From Acinetobacter wanghuae (lineage in GTDB: Bacteria; Pseudomonadota; Gammaproteobacteria; Pseudomonadales; Moraxellaceae): a DNA stretch of 32,000 nt. The stretch covers positions 1,710,001 to 1,742,000 of the forward strand of contig NZ_CP045650.1 in NCBI RefSeq assembly GCF_009557235.1, written 5' to 3'. This document shows positions 26,599-32,000 of this stretch, piece by piece. Below the pieces are notes generated by a model. That model did no database searches. It saw only the letters and a list, made by a program, of their open reading frames with translations, and was not told where the DNA came from. The stretch's first letter is position 1. Every line of letters begins with the position of its first letter. Both the position numbers and the translations under genes were made by a program.

Positions 26599-28032
26599 AT
26601 GTCGCAGAAAAAGAGCGTTGTTTTTAAAAATTTGCTTCCTGTGATTAAAAAATATCAGCAGGCCGGATTTACACATGAAAAAATTGTTGCTTTACTTCGA
26701 GACGAGCATCATCTTGATTTAGTAACAACTGAGACATTTAAAAGTTATTTATATCGTTATGCAAAAGTGACCTCCACTCTTTCCGAGAACATTAACATGC
26801 CGAACACTATCCAAAAACCACGCGAAATAAAAAAATCGTCTAAGCTCGAGCATGTTTGCTACGACATCCGTGGACCTGTGTTACGCGCGGCCAACGAGAT
26901 GGAAGAAGCAGGTCACAAAATTATTAAGCTGAATATTGGTAACCCTGCGCCATTTGGCTTTGAAGCACCGCAAGAAATTATTAACGATGTGGCATTAAAC
27001 CTACCGAATGCGATTGGTTATACCGACTCAAAAGGAATTTTCCCTGCGCGTAAAGCCATTTGTCAGTATTACCAACAAAAAGGCATTCTCAATATGCACG
27101 TCAATGACGTGTATGTCGGTAATGGGGTTTCTGAACTAAATTGTGATGGCGATGCAAGGCTTATTGGATGATGGCGATGAAATGCTAATTCCAATGCCAG
27201 ATTATCCATTATGGACTGCTGCTGTAAATCTTTCTGGTGGTACAGCAATTCACTATAAATGTGATGATGAAAACCACTGGTATCCCGATATTGCGGATAT
27301 GGAAAGTAAAATTACAGCAAACACCCGCGGCATCGTGATTATTAACCCAAACAACCCAAAACAGGTTCGGTCTATCCACGCCATGTGCTTCAGCAAATTG
27401 TCGATCTTGCTAAAAAATATGATTTGATTCTGTTTGCAGATGAAATCTACGACAAGATTGTCTATGACGGCATTGAACACGTTTCTGTTGCTGCGCTTGC
27501 TGGCGACCAACTTTGTGTATCGTTTAATGGCTTATCTAAAGCATATCGTATCGCTGGTTATCGTTCAGGTTGGATGGCAATTACGGGTGATCGCTCACGT
27601 GCAACGGATTATATCGAAGGCTTAGATATGCTTGCGTCGATGCGTTTATGTGCCAATCATCAGGCACAATATGCGATTCAAACTGCGCTCGGCGGCTATC
27701 AGTCGATTAACGATTTAACTCGTCCGGGTGGTCGTTTATACGAGCAGCGTAATATCGCTTGGGAAATGCTGAATGAAATTCCGGGCGTATCTTGTGTAAA
27801 ACCTGAGGGCGCAATGTATTGCTTCCCGAAACTCGACCCAAATGTCTACCCAATTCAAGATGATGAAAAACTCATGCTTGATTTGCTTCGCGCGGAAAAA
27901 GTGTTATTGGTTCAAGGAACAGGTTTTAACTGGCCAACACCCGATCATTTCCGTGTGGTGTTCTTGCCTGCCGAAAATGAATTACGTGAAGCGATTACCC
28001 GTTTAGGTCGCTTCTTTGCCAAAATGCGCTAA
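26599..28032 (+). pseudogene. alaA: AlaA/AlaC-type PLP-dependent (class I) aminotransferase split into three ORFs by two frameshifts; the conserved core starts near ATG 26797
   Basis: The three track ORFs (26599..27171, 27143..27427, 27385..28032) together give a colinear AlaA-like protein. Conserved segments are SSKLEHVCYDIRGPVLRAANEMEEAGHKIIKLNIGNPAPFGF, GNGVSEL/IVMAMQGLLDDGDEMLIPMPDYPLWTAAV, IINPNNP/TGSVYPRHVLQQIVDLAKKYDLILFADEIYDK, the PLP lysine in FNGLSKAYRIAGYRSGW, and ASMRLCAN. The breaks are at A-runs 27138-27140 and 27358-27361. Confidence 0.85.
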
Positions 28033-28054
28033 TGTCTTGCTGAGCGCATAATTC

Positions 28055-28085
28055 AAAAAAACCGCACTTGATGTGCGGTTTTTTT
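28055..28085. terminator. Bidirectional rho-independent terminator
   Basis: AAAAAAACCGCAC-ttgat-GTGCGGTTTTTTT, between the convergent alaA-like and M23 genes. Confidence 0.8.
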
Positions 28086-28644
28086 ATGGCTTATCTTTTA
28101 AATAGGGATAAGGATTCACTGTACCTTGTCCTTTTAAATAAATCCCATAGTGTAAATGTGGTGGTGTGGTTTTGGCATTACCAGAATTACCTACAAAGCC
28201 GATGACTTGCCCTGGTTCAACCCAATCCCCAACTTGAATATCATCTGCATATTCATCCAAATGCGCATAATAATGTTGGCTTAAATTGGGTCCTGTCACC
28301 CAAACCACACGCCCACCCAAGTTATTAATCTCTATTTTTCGTACTAAACCATGCGTTGCGCTTTCAACAGGCGTACCGCGCTTGGCAAAAATATCAATGC
28401 CTTGATGTTGACGATTGTTACTTCTTGCTGCACCCCATGTATCTGTGGTCTGTTGAATGGTGACACCCTGCACAGGAAAATGTAAGGGTCGAACCAATTG
28501 TTCATTTTTAAGCTGCCAATATAAGAATGGGGTTTTCCAAGAAGCAGGCTGCCCAGATACAGGCGGCTGACATGCGCTTAAACCGATGCCAAGCAATACT
28601 ACAAAGATGACTTTAAGAGATAGTGCTATTTGTTGTTTTATCAT
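28084..28644 (-). CDS. M23-family (LytM-type) metallopeptidase lipoprotein
   Basis: It has a lipobox (GIGLSAC) and the M23 motifs HQGIDIFAKRGTPV and PPHLHYGIY. Confidence 0.85.
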   Translation of the reverse strand: MIKQQIALSLKVIFVVLLGIGLSACQPPVSGQPASWKTPFLYWQLKNEQLVRPLHFPVQGVTIQQTTDTWGAARSNNRQHQGIDIFAKRGTPVESATHGLVRKIEINNLGGRVVWVTGPNLSQHYYAHLDEYADDIQVGDWVEPGQVIGFVGNSGNAKTTPPHLHYGIYLKGQGTVNPYPYLKDKP

Positions 28645-28750
28645 GTGTTCAATTTATAAAGGACGTGATCACTGTGTTGTGATCATAGTGGTTAATGCAC
28701 ACATTAAATGCAGGATCGTGTTGGATTTTGGTGATGGGATCATGCCCTTA

Positions 28751-28786
28751 AAACAATAAAACCCTCATATGAGGGTTTTATTGTTT
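28751..28786. terminator. Long perfect hairpin (16-bp stem, 4-nt loop), a probable terminator for the small ORF upstream on the minus strand
   Basis: AAACAATAAAACCCTC-atat-GAGGGTTTTATTGTTT. Confidence 0.65.
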
Positions 28787-28800
28787 ATGTAAGAGATTCA

Positions 28801-28932
28801 TCATTTCGCTTTCTTTGCGCGTGCCGGTTGTTTTTTCTGAGGTTGTTGTTGCTGTTGTTGATCTTCAGTTTGTGCTGACTCCTGCTTATCCTTTTGCTGT
28901 ACTTGTTTTGACTTTGCTTGTGACTTCGCCAT
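28801..28932 (-). CDS. Possible small hydrophilic Gln/Lys-rich protein (43 aa), below the track cutoff
   Basis: Hand translation gives MAKSQAKSKQVQQKDKQESAQTEDQQQQQQPQKKQPARAKKAK. GGAG lies 7 nt before ATG 28932, and the hairpin terminator lies 15 nt after the TGA stop. Confidence 0.45.
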   Translation of the reverse strand: MAKSQAKSKQVQQKDKQESAQTEDQQQQQQPQKKQPARAKKAK

Positions 28933-29452
28933 ACATGACTCCTATCCTAAGGTTTAAGTGCCACAATCGTGTTTTCGTGTAGCATCACTACTCTAGCCCG
29001 CTTGTACAATTTGCCAAGCGCTGAGCTGTATCTAAATACGTCAATGTAATGACAACGGGTCTAAATGATTCATTTTGTGAAGGGCAAATTTGAGCAACAT
29101 TACAAAACTTACAAGCACTTTCAAGAATAGCCATTTAAGTAATATCATCAGCTCAATATCGGAATGGTGAAACGCGAGATTCAACGCCTATGGCTTGCAT
29201 CAAGTACGATATAATGGTGTCATTCTGGCGAATTAGAATTTTAGACATTTGGATATGTGTATGAAAACAATTGAGTCGTATCTTACAGCAATAAAAAAAT
29301 TTCCCGATAAGTAACACTTTCAACTTGTCTTCACGCATAATACCCTTATATAAATTCGCTCTTTTTTAGATTTTGATGGGAAATCATGACATTTCCCTAT
29401 TGAACAAATCTTTACTGTTTCCAAATTTTTGTAATTATAGAAGTCTTTTCCT

Positions 29453-30244
29453 ATGAAAATCGTCATTCTAAACAAACCCTATGACGTCCTCTCCCAATTC
29501 CGTGCTGACGAAAAGCATCAAACGATGGCTGATTTCATCGATGATAAAACGATGCGTCTTGCAGGTCGTTTGGACATGGACTCAGAAGGTCTTGTTTTCC
29601 TCACCGATCACGGTGGTCTGAACCAATATATCACCAACCCTGCCAACAAAAAGTTTAAAACTTATATGGTGCAAGTTGAAGGTGATGTCACTGAAGAAGC
29701 GCTTGAGCAACTGCGTAAAGGCATTGAATTAAAAGATGGCTTAACCCTGCCTGCTCGTGCTGAAAAAGTGTCTGAGCCTGAATGGTTATGGGAACGTAAT
29801 CCACCAGTTCGCTTCCGTGCCTCTGTACCGACATCTTGGATTGAGATTTCAATCTGTGAAGGTCGTAACCGTCAAGTACGTCGTATGACTTCTGCGGTAG
29901 GCTTCCCAACACTACGTTTAATTCGTACTAAAATTGGTGATATCGACCTTGTTCGTATGGAATTAAAACCGGGTGAAACCAAAGAAATCGAGCCACTGCT
30001 TTATCCAGACTTCCAAAATGTACCTGCCGAAGAACCATACCGTTCACGCTCATATGTGAAAAAACCGGGTGGTACAGGCGGTAAGCCAATGGTTCGTAAG
30101 AATAAAGATGGTTCTGTGAAGAAAACTTCAGGCACCAAACGTATTTGGCAAATGGATGAAAGCGAAAAACCGAAACGCCGTACCAATGGTACAACGCGTC
30201 CGAACACCAAAGCGCCTCGCGGTCGCGGACGTGGTCGAGGTTAA
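29453..30244 (+). CDS. rluE: RluE/RsuA-family rRNA pseudouridine synthase with a basic C-terminal extension
   Basis: It has MKIVILNKPYDVLSQF, the catalytic-Asp motif AGRLDMDSEGLVFLT, and GRNRQVRRM. An extra ~80-aa K/R/G-rich tail ends in PRGRGRGRG. Confidence 0.85.
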   Translation: MKIVILNKPYDVLSQFRADEKHQTMADFIDDKTMRLAGRLDMDSEGLVFLTDHGGLNQYITNPANKKFKTYMVQVEGDVTEEALEQLRKGIELKDGLTLPARAEKVSEPEWLWERNPPVRFRASVPTSWIEISICEGRNRQVRRMTSAVGFPTLRLIRTKIGDIDLVRMELKPGETKEIEPLLYPDFQNVPAEEPYRSRSYVKKPGGTGGKPMVRKNKDGSVKKTSGTKRIWQMDESEKPKRRTNGTTRPNTKAPRGRGRGRG

Positions 30245-30368
30245 TTGCTCGCGTTACAATAAGGGTGCATATGCGCCCTTTTTTTCACATAAGATAAATA
30301 GAATCACGCTTTATTGATCATTAAAATCAAATGCATCCATTCTAATGACACTATTAGGTCGATTTGTT

Positions 30369-30767
30369 ATGCGTCAATTTAGCCTTGTTTTGGGTCTCTC
30401 TCTTGTTTCCACTATTTGCTTTGCCAATAATCCTTTAAGTGTGCACGTTTTAAATCAAGATAAAGGTGTGCCTGCGACCAATATGTCTGTGATTTTAGAA
30501 GCTCAAAATGGCGATACTTGGGTGAAGTTAAATGAAGCTAAGACCAATAAAGAGGGTCGTATTCCTGAGTTTTACCCGAAAGACACCAAGCTACAAAAAG
30601 GCGTGTATAAAGTCACTTTTAAAACAGCGGATTGGTTTAAGAAAAATAATAAAAAGACGTTCTTCCCAGAAGTGCCGGTTATTTTTGTCGTGGATGGTCG
30701 CTTGGAACATTATCATATTCCGTTATTGTTAAGTGCTTATGGGTATTCAACCTATCGGGGGAATTGA
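30369..30767 (+). CDS. hiuH: 5-hydroxyisourate hydrolase (transthyretin-like), periplasmic form
   Basis: The signal peptide is MRQFSLVLGLSLVSTICFA. LSVHVLNQDKGVPATNMSV is the HIUase N-terminal motif, followed by HYHIPLLLSAYGYSTYRG and a C-terminal YRGN signature. The track ORF begins at 30345. Confidence 0.85.
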   Translation: MRQFSLVLGLSLVSTICFANNPLSVHVLNQDKGVPATNMSVILEAQNGDTWVKLNEAKTNKEGRIPEFYPKDTKLQKGVYKVTFKTADWFKKNNKKTFFPEVPVIFVVDGRLEHYHIPLLLSAYGYSTYRGN

Positions 30768-30898
30768 TCTTCTAAAGCTTAAATTCTTCCTCTTAATATT
30801 CCAAGATAAGTATGTAACAAAAATATTTATTAACACATAGAGTTTTAATTTTTTTTACAATAAAATCTTTATAATTAAAGATTAATCGAAAAATAATT

Positions 30899-32000
30899 AT
30901 GAAATTAGAGTTAACGTTGTATATACTTGTAATTTTTCTGATTTTCTATTTTTCAGACACAACAGATTTCAAAGTATTTAAAGATGAAAGTTCCTCAAAA
31001 TATAATGTAGAAATAATAGATAATACCGAAATAACTTATAATAAAAATTGTGAAAAAAATTTCTATAAAAACACACCACCTTATACCCACTCAAAACCAC
31101 ATAGAAAGTATACATATCCCTTATGTTTTACAGACTATAATGTAATGTATTCAGGCATAACAAAAACACCATTATGGACTAGTCAACACTTGAATACAAA
31201 AAAAATACTTTCAAGTCCGAAAGAAAAAATTGATTTCCACCACGAAAGAAGAATACCAATTAGATATCAACCTATTGAAGAAAAATATGATGAAAATGAT
31301 ATAAATTATATTTACAAACCGTGGCAACTATCACCTTATGTTGAAATGTCAAATGAATTTTCAAACTATGAAAGCCACTCCTTAGCTAATATTAGCCCAG
31401 CTTACAATCCATCTAAGATATATAATTTAGAACAAATCATAAGAGACATTGCTTTAAAAAATGATTTAGATATCTATATTATCACCGGAAGTATTTATAG
31501 CAAATCTGAGGTTAAATATTTAAAGAATAATATACTTATACCAGACCATTTATTCAAAGCTATATATATACCTACCATCGGATTAAATAGTGCATATTAT
31601 ATTAGCAATGATGCGCAACAAATAGTCAAAGTTGTTAGTCTTTGTTATTTGGAGGAAATTACAAGTATAAATTTATTCCCAACATTAAAACTAATAGATA
31701 AGAAAAAAGTTTATAATCTACCTACAAGTAATTATATAGATATAAAAGATCTTCAAAAAATATTAAAGATTGATAATGATATAGATTGCTCTAAGAATAT
31801 TTCCACTCAAGAACTCCAAAAAAATAGAAATTTTTTTGGAAAAAATATTGTGTGTTATGGGAAATATTGTGAAGAGGAAGAAAATTTATATAAAAATAAT
31901 TATAGTTTAAGCGATGACTATGAAGGCCCCTGTAATCATATGGAATGCCTAGAAGGTGAAAACATAATTTGTAATCCTGAAAAATGTAGAACGCTTATTA
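30899..32000 (+). CDS. Secreted or membrane-anchored DNA/RNA non-specific endonuclease (Endonuclease_NS) family homologue lacking the DRGH catalytic motif; 3' end lies beyond the window
   Basis: I hand-translated an open frame from ATG 30899 to the window end (367 codons, no stop), so it is not in the track. The N-terminus is hydrophobic (MKLELTLYILVIFLIFYF). It is colinear with the Serratia-nuclease/NucA family: TKTPLWTSQHL, DF..E, INYIYKPWQLSP (the DRGHQAP position), LANISPA (the SNITPQ position), LEQIIRDIA, IYIITGSIY, IPDHLFKAIYIP and LEEITSINLFP. A Cys-rich tail follows. Confidence 0.7.
   Translation, partial: MKLELTLYILVIFLIFYFSDTTDFKVFKDESSSKYNVEIIDNTEITYNKNCEKNFYKNTPPYTHSKPHRKYTYPLCFTDYNVMYSGITKTPLWTSQHLNTKKILSSPKEKIDFHHERRIPIRYQPIEEKYDENDINYIYKPWQLSPYVEMSNEFSNYESHSLANISPAYNPSKIYNLEQIIRDIALKNDLDIYIITGSIYSKSEVKYLKNNILIPDHLFKAIYIPTIGLNSAYYISNDAQQIVKVVSLCYLEEITSINLFPTLKLIDKKKVYNLPTSNYIDIKDLQKILKIDNDIDCSKNISTQELQKNRNFFGKNIVCYGKYCEEEENLYKNNYSLSDDYEGPCNHMECLEGENIICNPEKCRTLI

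Noticed and set aside
26479-26676. 65-aa minus-strand ORF upstream of the alaA-like gene
   Set aside because: Its Lys/Phe/Asn-rich low-complexity translation comes from an A/T-rich promoter region, and it overlaps the start of the plus-strand frame.
17092-27362. Programmed ribosomal frameshifting as an explanation for the split Crp/Fnr and alaA-like genes
   Set aside because: The sites are not canonical slippery heptamers, and no stimulatory hairpin or pseudoknot follows. These families are not known to use recoding. Extra-A indels in homopolymers are the simpler explanation.
29153-29338. 61-aa minus-strand ORF in the 28.9-29.45 kb gap, and the GGGAAAT-N6-ATTTCCC hairpin at 29378-29397
   Set aside because: The ORF has no SD or motif. 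The hairpin has no flanking T-run on either strand, so it is not a convincing terminator. I could not fold a known ncRNA family by eye. The gap remains unexplained but without positive evidence.

Overview
This window looks like a chromosomal segment from an Acinetobacter-like (Moraxellaceae) gammaproteobacterium. That assignment is an inference from gene content, gene order and AT-rich coding, not a database result.

Positions 1 to ~10.5 kb form an accessory island that abuts the 3' end of a tRNA(CAU) gene.
- It carries a complete type I R-M operon preceded by a co-oriented XRE-type HTH gene (XRE-hsdM-hsdS-hsdR). hsdR runs off the left edge of the window.
- It carries a phage-satellite/PICI-like module: an AlpA-like HTH gene, then a 595-aa primase/RepA-like ATPase gene, then an iteron-like repeat cluster.
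- It carries several orphan ORFs, and a control region with a reiterated TCGACA motif.
- No integrase or packaging genes lie inside the window.

Positions 10.6-30.8 kb are ordinary core genome:
- acyltransferase, yebC, lrp-family regulator, GST, ychF, DUF962;
- a frameshifted Crp/Fnr regulator;
- azlCD, purT, glnD, dapC, gpx-msrB;
- a doubly frameshifted alaA-like aminotransferase;
- M23 peptidase, rluE-like gene, hiuH.

All three reading-frame breaks are extra A residues in short A-runs. Homopolymer assembly error is therefore as likely as real pseudogenisation.

The last ~1.2 kb switches abruptly to extremely AT-rich DNA. It encodes a secreted Endonuclease_NS-family homologue whose catalytic DRGH motif reads YKPW. 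The gene runs off the right edge.

I saw no CRISPR array, IS element or rRNA. My best candidates for something new are the satellite-like replication/regulation module with its putative ori, the orphan 275-aa and 105-aa genes beside it, the XRE-fronted type I R-M operon, and the apparently dead secreted nuclease homologue.
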